From positions 6,291,933 through 6,355,932 of the forward strand of contig NC_057749.1 in assembly GCF_004010195.1 (NCBI RefSeq): a DNA stretch of 64,000 bases, read 5' to 3'. A program made the translations under genes and the position numbers. This DNA comes from Chiloscyllium plagiosum. Its lineage: Eukaryota. Positions 37,362 through 49,453 of this stretch are shown piece by piece (position 1 is the stretch's first letter; each line of letters begins with the position of its first letter). The notes beneath the pieces were generated by a model. It did not search any database. It was not told the origin of the DNA and saw only the letters and a list, made by a program, of their open reading frames with translations.

Positions 37362-38104
37362 AATGTAAAGGACAAGGCATTCATGAGTCTTAGAAAGGAT
37401 AGGCATTTGCCTCTTTTCTCACTGAAGTCTGCATTTCTAACATTGCCCAGTTTCTGGACGGAAGGTCACCAGCCTGAAACCTTGACTTTGTTTGTTGACC
37501 CCTGCAAATGTGGCCCGTTGCCTGGAGAGTAGTTCCGGCAATTTTGGGTTTTATTTCATATTCCCAGCTGTTCCCCAGAATGCTGCTTTATAATTAGTGA
37601 AGACATCCTGAGGGTCATTTTCCACTCAGACTTTCAGGTGAACTCTGATTGATTTAGCTTATCATTCCCATTAAAATGTATGGGACATCCAATTCTGTCT
37701 CCAGTCTCCTAGTTTTGAAGAGAACAGGGTGATTTAATAACATAGAATTTGAGTATTGCTGGAAAAAAAACATATTGAGGAAAAGTTTTTTTCTTTCTTT
37801 ACTTTTGTTCTTTGATTTTTTTTCTCTTGTGTGCTCTAGAGCCAGATCTGTTACCACATAGGGCTCTGAACCTTGCTGAAAGAGAAACACATAAAATGCA
37901 CTTATTTCAACACAACAGATTAGAGACTGCCATTCTCCACTTCATTTCTCAAGGTAATGCCCTAAATCAACCTGCCAGGTATAAATTTAAACAAACCTCG
38001 ACAGTTACTTGTCAATCATCATTGAACTGGCACATCATCTATGGCAAGTCCTCTACCACTCACCAACCAATCAGCACTCTCTCATACAGGATAATTTGTT
38101 GTTC

Positions 38105-38637
38105 ACAGAATCCCTACAGTGTGGAAACAGGCCCTTCAGCCCAACAAGTCCACACTGACCCTCCGAAGAGTAACCCACCCAGACCCATTCCCCTACCCTA
38201 CTATCGTATATTTACTCCTAACTATTGAATTGAATTTATTGTCACGTGTACCAAGGCACAGTGAAAAGTTTTGTCTTGCGAGCAATACAGGCAGATCACA
38301 AAGTTAAGTAGCATAGATAGTAAATAATAGGTGAACGGCAGAAAAAACAAAATCACAGGTACAGGTACATTTTAAGAATTTGTGAGTCTATTCAGCATTC
38401 TAACAACTAACGCACCTAATCTACACATCCCTGAACACTGTGGGTAATTTAGCATGGCCAATTCACCTGACCTCCACATCATTGAATTATGGGAGGAAAG
38501 CAGAGCACCCAGAGGAAACCCACACAGACACGGGGAGAATGTGCAAACTCCACATAGACAGTTACCCAAGGCTAGAATTGAATCCAGGTCCCTGGGATTG
38601 TGAGGTGGCAGTGCTAACCACTGAGCCACCATTACAC
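38105..38637 (-). mobile_element. HE1-type SINE interrupted by a Rex1/Babar-like 3' end (about 38225-38405)
   Basis: SINE is contiguous across an insert that matches 11450-11520 (TTATTGTCAC...CAGTGAAAAGTTTTG). Confidence 0.8.
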
Positions 38638-38898
38638 CCCTGGGTGGCATTATCCAGGGGTCTCTGGATTAACAGTCCAGCAATAATGCCACTAGACCAT
38701 CAGCTACCCACCATGCCATTCATCTTTACATTGATACCCTTGGTAAGTGTCCTGCTGAGTGTGAGACAAAACAGGTTCTAACAAGATGTGTTTTTTTTTC
38801 AGTCACGGCTACAGTGCACTGCATAAGCTATTAAGACTCCATGTATTCTGCTTTGTTAAGTCACTCTCATTGGTGCAAAAGACACCTGTTGGACTAAT

Positions 38899-39036
38899 TA
38901 GAGTCATAGAGTCATAGAGATGTACAGCACGGAAACAGACCCTTTGGTCCAACTCGTCCATGCTAACCAGATATCCCTAGTCTTCAGCACCCGGCCCATG
39001 TTCCTCCAAACCCTTCTTATACATACACCCATCCAG
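38899..39036 (-). mobile_element. CR1 3' tail fragment
   Basis: (AGAGTCAT)n tail. Confidence 0.8.
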
Positions 39037-39424
39037 ATTGGTCAGAGCATTGAGTATAAGAGTTGGGACATCTTGTTGCAGCTGTACATGACATTGGTGA
39101 GGCTACATCCAGAGTATTGTATGCAGTTCTGGTCACCCAACAAGGATCTTATTAGACTAGAAAGAGTTAAGAACAGATTTTCTTGTATGCTACCTAGGAA
39201 CAGAGTTGCAAGGAGAGATAATGGAGAGAAGCAAGGGCTGTCGGGAAGTTTTTCAATGGGTGAGATCTAAACCCGAGATCCTACACCGTAGGGCCTCCCT
39301 CCCACCCACCTCTTCTAACCTAACTAAGAATCTGTCAACTCGGTAAGTTTTCAGGTTTTCTCTTTTTTTTCTTTTCTTCTCCTCCTTTGTTTAGCCCCTG
39401 TGTGGGCTTTCAGATTAGTGGGGT

Positions 39425-40365
39425 ATGGCTGTTAGGGCAATTGCATGTATCTCCTGCAGAATGTCTCTGCCGGCCACATCTGTGGGAAATGGACCCAACT
39501 CCAACTCCTCGAAAACCGAGTTAGGGAACAGGAGCTGGAGCTGGATGAACTGTGGATCATCCGGGAGGCTGAGGGGAAAATTGAGAGGATGTACAGGGAG
39601 GTGGTCACTCCTCAGGCAGAGGATAAGGACAGCTGGGTTACAATCAAGGGGAGGAAAGGGAACCGACAAACAGAGTAGGGATCCGCTGTGGCCGCTCCCC
39701 TCAGCAATAAGTACACTGATGGGAATGGCCTACCAAGGGAAAGCCATAGTTGGCAGGTCTCTGGCACTGAGCCTGGCACTATGGCTCAGAAGAAAAGGGG
39801 GAGAATAGAAAAGCACTCATGGCAGCGGACTCAATAGACAGATTGACAGGAGATTTTGTGGTCAGGAACAGGACACCAGGAAGATATGTTGTCTCCCCGA
39901 TTCCAGGATCCAGAATGTCGCCGATCAGGTTTACAAGATTCTGAAGGGGGAGGGTGAGCAGCCAGAAATTGTGAAACATATTGGCACCAGTGACGTAACC
40001 AAGAAAGGATTGAGGATCTGAAAAGTGACTACAGAGAGCTAGGTTCGAAGCTGAAGAGCAGGACGAGTAGAGTAGTGATCTCAGATTTACTACCGGTGTC
40101 ACAGGATAGTGAGGTGAGGAACAGTCAGCGAGTGCAGCTTAACATGTGGCTGCGAGGCTGGTGCAGGAGGGAGGGCTTCAGATACTTAGACCATTGGGAT
40201 ACCTTCAGGGAAGGTGGCACCCTGTACATGAAAGATGGGTTGCACCTGAACTGGAGAGACACAAATGTTCTGGGTAGGAGATTTGCCCGTGTGGTTCGGG
40301 AGGGTTTAAACTGGTTTGGCAGTGGAGTGGGAACCAGAGCTATACATCTGAGAGAGGGGTAGTTG
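39425..40365 (+). pseudogene. CR1 ORF1 remnant (Cys motif, coiled coil, SGNH esterase-like domain)
   Basis: MAVRAIACISCRM; ENRVREQELELDELWIIREAE; WLRGWCRREGFRYLDHW...KDGLHLN; frameshifted. Confidence 0.8.
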
Positions 40366-40429
40366 TAGATGAGGCAGTGACAGGATGTAGTGAATCTATC
40401 AGGGTGATTGTTCATGTGATGAAAGAAGG

Positions 40430-43400
40430 AATTGGTTAAAGTGTGTCTGTTTTAACACAAGGAGTGTCAGAGATAAGAGTGATGAACTTAGAGTATGGAT
40501 CAGTACTTGGGACAGTGATGTTGTGGCCATAATGGAGATGCGTGTTTCACAGGGCCAGGAATGGATGCTAGATGTTCCAGGGCTTAGAATATTTAAAAAG
40601 AAAGAAAAGGAAGGTGGAAAGAAAGGAGGGGGTGTAGCACTGCTAATTAGAGAGTGCGTCACAGCTACAGAAATGAAGGTTTTCGAGGAAGGTTTGTCAG
40701 TATGGGTGGAAGTTCGGAACAGCAAAGGAGCAGCCACCTCACTGGGGGCTTTCTACAGACCCCGCAACAGCAGCAGGGAGATCGAAGAGCTCATAGGTCA
40801 GCAGATTTTGGAAAAAATACAGATGTAGCAGGGTTGTTGTTATGGGTGACTTCAAATTGACTGGAACCTCTTAAGTCCAGATGGTTTTGATGGAGTCGTT
40901 TTTGTCAGGTGTGTTCAAAGGGTTTCCTTACTCAGTATGTAGACACGCTGATGAGGGGAGAGGCCATTTTGGATTTGGTGCTCAGCAATGAGCCAGGACA
41001 GGTGTCGGATCTTGCAGTGGAAGAACACTTTGGTGAGAGTGGCCACAACTGCCTTACATTTACCATAGCCCTCGGGAGGGAAAGGAGCAGTTACCATGGC
41101 AAGATATTTAATTAAGGAAAAGGAAATTATGAAGCTATCAGAAAGGAGTTGGAAAGAACAGATTGGGAGCAATTGTTCCACAAAATGGGCACAACAGACA
41201 TGTGGAGACTGTTTAAGGAGCAGTTGTTGCGAGTGATGCACAAATTTGTTCCTCTGAGACAGGCGTGAAGGGGTAAGATTAAGGAACCTTGGATGACGAG
41301 AACAGAGGAGCTTCTTGTCAAAAGGAAGAAGGCAGCTTACATAAGGTGGAGGAAGCAACGGTCTAGCACAGCTGTAGAAGGTTACAGGCTTGCTAGAAAG
41401 GAGCTCAGAAATGGACTGAGGGGGCACAAAAAAGGCTTGGCGGGAAGGATTAAGGAGAACCCAAAGGCATTTTACTCATGTGAGGAATAAGAGAATGATC
41501 AGAGATAAAATAGGGCCAGTCAGGGGTAACATAGGGAACTTGCGCATGGAGTCTGAGCAGATAGGGGAAGCCCTAATTGAGTTTTTTCTCGGTTTTCACT
41601 AAGGAAAGGGGCCTTGTTGTGAATGAGAACTTTGAGGAGCTGGGAAATAGGCTTGAACAGATCATGATTGATGGAGGTGATGTGCTGGAAATTGAGATAA
41701 AGATTGATAAGTCCCCAGGGCCAGACCAGATTTATCCTCGGCTGCTCCAGGAAGTGAGAAAGAAGGTTGCTAAGCCACTGGCGAAGATCTTTGCTTCCTC
41801 ACTGTCCACGGGAGTGGTACCAGAGGATCGGAGGGAGGCAAATATTGTTCCTCTTTTCAAAGTGGGAAATGGGGAAATCCCTGGCAATTACAGGCAAGTC
41901 AGTCTTACATCTGTGGTCAGCAAGGTTTTGGAAAGAATTCTGAGGGATGGGATTTGTGACTATTTGGAAGAGCACGGTGTGATTAAAGGCAGTCAGCATG
42001 TTTGTGAGGGGCAGGTCATGCCTCACAAATCTTATTGAGTTCTCTGAGGAGGTGGCGAGACAGGTTGATGAAGGTCGGGCAGTGGATGTGGTGTACATGT
42101 ACATCAACAAGGCATTTGATAAGTTTCCCCATAGTAGGCTCATTCATAACGTCAGGAAGTATGAGATACAGAGAGATTTGGCTCTCTGGAATCAGAATTG
42201 TTTGGCTGACAGAAGGCAGGGAGTGTTTGTAGGTGGAAAGTATTCTGCCTGGAGGTCAATGGTGAGTGGTGTCCTGCAGGGCTCTGTTCTTGAGCCTCTG
42301 CTCTTTGTAGTTTTGATAAATGACTTGGATGAGGAGGTTGCGGGGTGGGTTAGTAAATTTGCCAAAGATACAAAAGTTGAGGGTGCTGTTGATAGTATCG
42401 AGGGCTGTTGCAGGCTGCAGTGTGACATAGACAGGATGCAGAGCTGGGCTGAGAAATAGCAGATGGAGTTCAACCTGGATAAATGCGAAGTGATGCATTT
42501 TGGAAGGTCAAACTTGAATGCTGAATATAGGATCAAAGACAGGATTCTTGGCAGTGTGGAGGAACAGAGGGATCTTGGTGTTCAAGTGCATAGATCCCTC
42601 AAAGTTGCCACCCAAGTCATAGAGTCATAGAGATATACAGCATGGAAACAGACCCTTCGGTCAACCCGTCCATGCCGACCAGATGATATCCCAACCCAAT
42701 CTAGTTCCACCTGCTAGCACCCGGCCCATATCCCTCCAAACCCCTCCTACTCATATACCCATCCAAATGCCTCTTAAATGTTGCAATTGTACCAGCCTCC
42801 ACCACTTCCTCTGGCAGCTTATCCCATACACATACCACCCTCTGTATGAAAAGGTTGCCCCTTAGGTCTCTTTTATATCTTTTCCCTCTCACCCTAAACG
42901 TAACCCCTCTAGTTCTGGACTCCCACACCCCAAAGAAAAGACTTTGTCTATTTATCCTATCCATGCCCCCTATGATTTTGTAAACCTCTGTAATGTCATC
43001 TCTCAACCTCCAACGCTCCAGGGAAAACAGCCCCAGCCTGTTCAGTCTCAACCTATAGCTCAAATCCTCCAACCCTGGCAACATCCTTGTAAATCTTTTC
43101 TGAACCCTTTCAAGTTTCACAACATCTTTCCGATAGGAAGGAGACCAGAATTGCACGCAATATTCCAACAGTGGCCTAACCAATGTCACGCAGAGCCGCA
43201 ACATGATCTCCCAACTCCTGTACTCAATACTCTCACCAATAAAAGTAAGCATACCCAAACGCCTTCCTCACTATCCTAACTACCTGCAACTCCACTTTCA
43301 AGGAGCTATGAACCTGCACTCCAAGGTCTCTTTGTTCAGCAACACTGCATAGGACCTTACTATTAAGTGTCTAAGTCCTGCTAAGATTTGCTTTCCCAAA

Positions 43401-44362
43401 ATGCAGCACCTCGCATTTATCTGAATTAAACTCCATCTGCCACTTCTCTGCCAATTGGCCTATCTGGTCCAGATCCTGTTGTAATCTGAGGTAACCTTCT
43501 TCACTGTCCACTACACCTCCAATTTTTGTGTCATCTGCAAACTTACTAACTGTACCCCTTATGTCCACATCCAAATCATTTATATAAATGACGAAAAGCA
43601 GTAGACCTAGCACTGATCTTTGTGCCACACCACTGGTCACAGGCCTCCAGTCTGAAAAACAACCCTCCACCACCACCCTCTGTCTTCTACCTTTGAGCCA
43701 GTTCTGTATCCAAATGGCTAGTTCTCCCTGTATTTCGTGAGATCTAACCTTGCTAACCAGTCTCCCATGGGGAACCTTGTCGAATGCCTTACTGAAGTCC
43801 ATATAGTGGATAGGATTGTTAAGAAACCATATGGTGTTTAGGCTTTCATGAATAGGGGGATTGGGTTTAAGAGCCGTGAGGTATTACTGCAGCTCTACAA
43901 AACCCTGTGAGACCACACTTGGAATATTGTATCCAAATCTGGTCGCCCTATTATAGGAAGGATAAGGAGGCTTCGGAGAGGGTGCAAAGAAGGTTTACCA
44001 GGATGCTGCCTGGACTGGAGAGTTTGACTTACGAAGACAGGTTGACTAAGCTCGGGCTTTTCTTTCTGGAGAGAAGGAGGAAGAGAGGTGACCTGATCAA
44101 GATATACAAGGTAATAAGAAACATGGATAGAATCAATAGCCAGAAACGTTTCCCCAGGGCAGGATTGATTGGCACGAGGGGTCATAGTTTTAAGGTGTTA
44201 GGAGGAAGGTATAGAGGAGATGTCAGAGGTAGGTTCTTTACACAGAGAGTTGTGAATGCACAGAATGCATTACCAGTGGTGGTGGTGGAAACAGAGTCAT
44301 TAGGGACATTTAAGCGACTGTTGGACATGCACATGGACAGCAGTGAATGGAGGGGTGCGTAA
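40430..44362 (+). pseudogene. CR1 ORF2 remnant (AP endonuclease plus reverse transcriptase)
   Basis: GGGVALLI, FYRP, AILDLVLSNE, KSPGPDQIYPR, NYRQVSLTS, KAFDKFPH, GVLQGSVL, FAKDTK; several frameshifts and stops. Confidence 0.9.
42618..43804 (-). mobile_element. Younger CR1/HER1-type LINE nested in the full-length CR1
   Basis: ORFs MDFSKAFDKVPHGRL...FADDTKIGG and LVRPLLEYCVQFWSP; host ...GCCACCCAAGT resumes as GGATAGG. Confidence 0.92.
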
Positions 44363-44887
44363 GTTAGGTTATTTTATTTTAGATTAGGAATAATCCTCGG
44401 CACAACATTTGGGCCAAAAGGCCTATTCTGTGCTGTACTTTTCTATGTTCTATATTCTACCTAGATTGGAAGTTTGAGTTATAAGGAGAGGCTGGATAGG
44501 TTGGGATAGGTTTTTCCCTTGAGGATAGGAGACTGAGGGATCATTTTATTGTGGTCTATAAAATGATGAGGGGTTAGATAGCCAACAGCTTTTCCCCAGG
44601 ATAGGTGAGTCTAAAACTAGAGGGCATAGGTTTAAAGTGAGAGGGGAGAGATACAAAAGGGCCCAGAGGAGCTTTTTTCACACAGAGGGTGGTGAGTGTC
44701 TGGAATGGTTTACCAAAGATAGTGGTGAAAGTGAATACAATTTTTTTATGGAAGAAATGTTTAGGCAGGTTCATGTGGGGTGGCAAATGGGATTAGATTA
44801 ATTGTGAAATCTGGCCAGTTTGGGCACGTTGGGCTGAAGGGCCTGCTTCCATGATGTCAACCTCCATGACTAAGTGGAAGCCCATGG

Positions 44888-44975
44888 TCTCTGATGAAGA
44901 GTAATCTTGACTCAAAACATTAGCTTCCATGGATGCTGCCTGACCTGCTGTAATCTCCAGCATTTTTTGTTTTCA
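44888..44975 (+). mobile_element. Decayed family C hammerhead cassette
   Basis: CTGATGA-A-GAGT-AATCTTG-ACTC-AAAACATT...GATGCTGCCTGACCTGCTG. Confidence 0.6.
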
Positions 44976-46832
44976 ATCACCAATATCCCTTTGGGGCATG
45001 GTGCCTGAAGAGAGACAGGCATCAATTTCTGCCTATCTCCATCACAAATATGGTAGGATACAGAAGGAGGCGACTGAGCCCACTGTGTCTGTACTGGTGC
45101 TGGAAGATAACATAACTCCGGAGAAAGACAAAAGTTGATTCACACGCTGTCCCACAATCCTCTCTCAATCATGTTTCCTCTCAGATTAGTTTCTTGCAAT
45201 ATTATTTTCTGTAAGTGATAAGTAACATGGTTTGTTACAAATGCACTTCAGGGCTTGAATGTTTCACGAAAACTGAAATTCTTTAAACCCCAGTATAGGG
45301 GGCATGAGTAGAACGTGATCCGTTGAAGTGCATTAATCCTTACACTTTGGACTCAATGATCATTTATGAGTGTTTCTGAGTATACAATCTTTGACCTAAG
45401 CTGCAGGATGAACGATTAAATCTTCAGAAGATACTCCAGTTCGAAAGGTAAGGCATGTTCAGAGATAAGAACAGGAACCTCCACGAGGTTTATTAAGTTA
45501 GGGAAATCATCCCAGTGAGTGATAGCTGACCACCTGTCCTGTGTTAAAAGGCAGCTGCATGAAGGTTTCTGAGTGACAATGATTGCAACCACTCCTGAAA
45601 GAATGACTCATAAAAGGACATGGGCAACATTTTTTTTAAAAGTGCATCAGTTTGGCACTCTTACATTATTTGACTTTAATTAAATAAAAATCAAGGTAAG
45701 TAGTCTAAATAGCAGCAAATGCAGGATAAATAATGATAATAATGCAGTAGTATTCAAGTTGAAATGTTGCTTTCAAATCTTTGCTCAATATTCTATGAAT
45801 GCATTGGATTTAGAGAATTGCATTTCAGAAAGGTAGTGGACAATGAGTGAAAGATATTTTCCAGGATCAATGTGAAATGTATCAATCAGCCTCAGTTACA
45901 TTCCAGGCCTTTTGAAGCAATGGGTAACTTGGGTGACTGTCAGTTATTCACTCCCCACCCCCACCCCCCCATTTGAAATACAAGGGGAAGAATATCAACT
46001 GGTGTATACTGTTATTGGAGCATTTAGTAATCCAATCAGCTACAGTTTTTGACATCCTGATTTCCTATGAATACGTTAAGTGCTAAGAATAATTTTGATT
46101 AGCTTGTTTGCTGGGGAATGCTTAACACAGGAGAAATTGTGAAAGGATATCCCAATTATTTTTAAAATTGTACTTCTAAGAGTCAGAATAAACATGTGAA
46201 AGAAAAATAGCTACATCTTAACCTTCTGATTGTTCAAGATAATAAATGAATTACTGCAAAGTTTGGATTCATCAACATATATATATGTATATGTTATGCT
46301 GGATTAATCTATTTGTCACGACTGAATGTCACAATAGCAATGCTTGGACAGTACCACACCAGTGGCATAATATTTACCTCACTACATAATCTATAGAAAT
46401 ATTACTTTCCAGAAACTGATTATTATTGTATAAGACTGCGGCCTGAAAGGGTTAGCTTGAAAGTATTAAGAATAGTTTCACCCACTTACATATAAATGAA
46501 ACTTGATTGAGATTTTTGAGGAAATTTTTTTATCAAAAACGATTGAGGACAGAGGGGTAGATATTACTTACTTGGACTTCAGTAAAGTCTTTGACAAGGT
46601 TCCAAATGGTAGATTAATTAGTAAACTGAGATCATGTGGGATTCAGGTTGAGCTTGACAATTGAATAAAAAATTGGCTTTACAGTAGGAGAAAAAGGGTC
46701 ATGGTGGAGGGTTGTTTATTTGGACTGGAGACCTGTGACCAGCGGTGTTCCACAGGGATTGATGCTGGGTCTACTTTTGTTTGTCATTTATATAAGTAAT
46801 TTGGAGGGCAATATAGAAGACATGGTTAGTAC

Positions 46833-47312
46833 TAGCCAGTTTTGAGAAGATTTGTAGCTCAGGTTGAGGTTCTGGATATAGGTTTGCGCGCTGTGCTGGA
46901 AGGTTCGTTTTCACACGTTTCATTGCCATATTAGGTAACATCATCAGTGAGCCTCCAGATGAAGCACTGGTGTCTTGGGCCGCTTTCTATTTATGTGTTT
47001 AGATTTTCTTGGGTTGTTGATGTCATTTCCTGTGATGATGTCATTTCCTGTGTGAGACTTCATAGAAGTATGGCATTCCAACAGGAACTCTATCAATAAA
47101 CACATTGACTTGGATCCCATTTACCACTTGCAAGTACAGGAAATGACATCACCACTGGAAATGACATCACCAACCCAAGGAAACCTAAACGCATAAATAG
47201 AAATTCGGCCATGCCACCAGTGCTTCATCTGGAGGCTCACTGATGATGTTACCTAGTATGGTGATGAAATTTCTGAAATGAACCTTCCAGCTCAGCGAGC
47301 AAATCTACATCC
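46833..47312. mobile_element. Penelope-derived fold-back insertion with two family D hammerheads
   Basis: Inverted arms about 46866-47051/47137-47315 around the GIY-YIG C-terminus (WHSNRNSINKHIDLDPIY); exact 15-bp TSD AGACATGGTTAGTAC (46818-46832/47313-47327). Confidence 0.9.
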
Positions 47313-47617
47313 AGACATGGTTAGTACATTTGCAAATGTCACTGAAATTGCTGTACAGTGGACAGTGAAGATGGCTATCTAAGATTACAAAGACATCTTG
47401 ACCAATTGGGACAATGGGCTGAGGAATGGCAGAGGGAGTTTAATTTGGATAAATGTGAGCTATTGCATTTTGGTAAAACAACCAAGGACAGGGCTTATAC
47501 AATTAATGGTAGGGCATTGGGTGGCATTATAAAAAAGAGAGACCTCGGGGTTCAGGTACATAGTTCTTTGAAATTTGCATCACATATAGTGAGGTAAGAT
47601 GGCATTTAGCATGCTTG

Positions 47618-47741
47618 GAGACAGTGAGGACTGCAGATGCTGGAGATTAGAGTTGAGTGTGTTGCTGGAAAAGCACAGCAGATCAGGCAGTGTCCGAGAA
47701 GCAGGAGAATTGACGTTTCGGGCATAAGCCCTTCATTAGGA
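47618..47741 (-). mobile_element. Family A hammerhead cassette
   Basis: 14-bp TSD ATTTA(G/T)CATGCTTG (47604-47617/47742-47755); CTAATGAAGGGCTTATGCCCGAAACGTC. Confidence 0.85.
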
Positions 47742-48394
47742 ATTTATCATGCTTGCCTTCATTGTTCAGACCTTTTGAGTATAGGAGTTGGAATGTCACG
47801 TTGAGGTTGTACAGGATGTTGGTGAGGCCTCTTCTGCAGTACTGTGTGCCGTTCTGGTCATCCTACTATAGGAAGGATGTTATTAAACTGGAGAGGGTTC
47901 AGAAAAGGCTTATCAGGATGTTGCCAGGAATGGAGGGTTTGAGATATAAAAATAAGCTGGATGTTCTAGGACATTTTACATTGGACTATAGGAGGTTGAA
48001 AAGTGACCATATAGAAGGTTATAAAATCATGAGGGGCACAGATAAGGTGATGGGGGAGTTCAAAACCAGGGGGTGTATTTTTAAAGTGAGAGGAGAAAGA
48101 TTTAAAAAGGGAATGAGGGGTTGCTTTTTTACACAGAGCAGCTAGTGTATGGAATGAACTGCCTGAGGAAGTGCTGGTTGTTGGTAAAGTTACAATGTTT
48201 AAGAAACATTTGAATAGGTACATCAATAGGAACGATTTGGAGGGATATGGGCCAAATGCAGGCAGATGGGTCTGGTCTAATTTGGAAACATGGTCAATAT
48301 GGACTATTTGAACCAAAGGGTCTGTTTCTATGCTGTATGACTCTATGACCATCTGTAGGAGGAGCTAGTTAATTTGTTATTAGCTGTTAGCTAT

Positions 48395-48612
48395 CAGATT
48401 AGTTAGCTCAGTTGGCTGAACAACCAATTTGTAATACAGTTACACTACCAAGGTGGATTCATGTCTGGCACTGTTTGAAGTTACTATGAGGGCTCTCTTT
48501 CTACCCCTCTTCCTTTGCTTGAATATGTAGTAACTCTCAGGTTAAACCCCCACCAGTCATCTCTCTCTGATGAGAGAGCAGCTCTATGGACAGGTAGAAT
48601 TATGGTGACTTT
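48395..48612 (+). mobile_element. tRNA-derived SINE (family 3)
   Basis: TAGCTCAGTTGG head; homologous to 6722-6940. Confidence 0.7.
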
Positions 48613-48799
48613 TAATTGTTAGTCCGTTCTACAGTCTACAATCATGCTTTATTGCGGTTGTTGCCATCTCTTTATGTAAGCTATTATATTGTTATGTCAT
48701 AAATTATTGCTTGTTAATCAATTATGGGCCTCTCCACTGTTAGTGGTTAATCCATCTCCACTTCATACTGGTGGGCCTCAAAGACTAGAATTAGAACAA

Positions 48800-49085
48800 A
48801 GATTAGATTCCCTACAGTGTGGAAACAGGCCCTTCGGCCCAACAAGTTCACACCAACCCTCCGAAGAGTAACCTATCCCCCTCTGACTAATGCACCTAAC
48901 AACTATGAACAATTTAGCGTAAACAATTCATCTGACCTGCACATCTTTGGCATGTGGGAGGAAACCCACACAGACACGTGGTGAATGTGCAAATGCCACA
49001 CAGACAGTCACCCGAGGCTGGAATCAAACCTGGGACCCTGGTGCTGTGAGGCAGCAGTGCTAACCACTGAGCCACTATGCTGCCC
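48800..49085 (-). mobile_element. HE1-type SINE
   Basis: Head and tail present. Confidence 0.9.
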
Positions 49086-49453
49086 AAGATTGGTGGCTAA
49101 AAATCTACCCAAAGAAACTTCTAACGGAACCACCAATCAGCTGAAGACATCTCCTATAAGTGTGTTCTCTTAAGAAAAATCTGATGCAATTGTAGTGGAT
49201 GTTAATTATTTGCAACAGTTTTGGACTTCCATCTGTCTCTCCTGCATTTGTTCATTTTGTACCAGCTCCAAGTTAAGTGATGCTTCAATTTTAAAACTTG
49301 CATTTGTATTTTCAAATCCCTCCGCGGCCTTACACTTCCCAATCTCTGTAAAATCCTCCTCCAATGCAATAGACGAGGATATCTATCCTTGAATTCTGGT
49401 ATCTTGCATATCCCCAGTGTGAGCCATCCTACCCCACTGTCATCGTACCTTCA

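Larger units (their letters stand above)
39198..44456 (+). mobile_element. Near full-length CR1 LINE, decayed
   Basis: 5'UTR, ORF1, EN-RT ORF2 and TTCTATG tail; 8-bp TSD CTACCTAG (39190-39197/44457-44464). Confidence 0.92.
39038..44872 (+). mobile_element. Truncated CR1 split by the full-length CR1 (own sequence 39038-39197 and 44465-44872)
   Basis: ...RFSCMLP resumes as LSYKERLDRLG after the insert. Confidence 0.8.
46498..48350 (+). mobile_element. CR1 RT-to-3' end with two hammerhead-cassette insertions
   Basis: YLDFSKVFDKVP; LVRPLLQYCVPFW; ATGACTCTATGA tail. Confidence 0.9.

Noticed and set aside
38899..39197. Minus CR1 tail abutting a plus CR1 as a twin-priming product
   Set aside because: The inverted piece is a 3' tail rather than an upstream segment, so two separate insertions are simpler.
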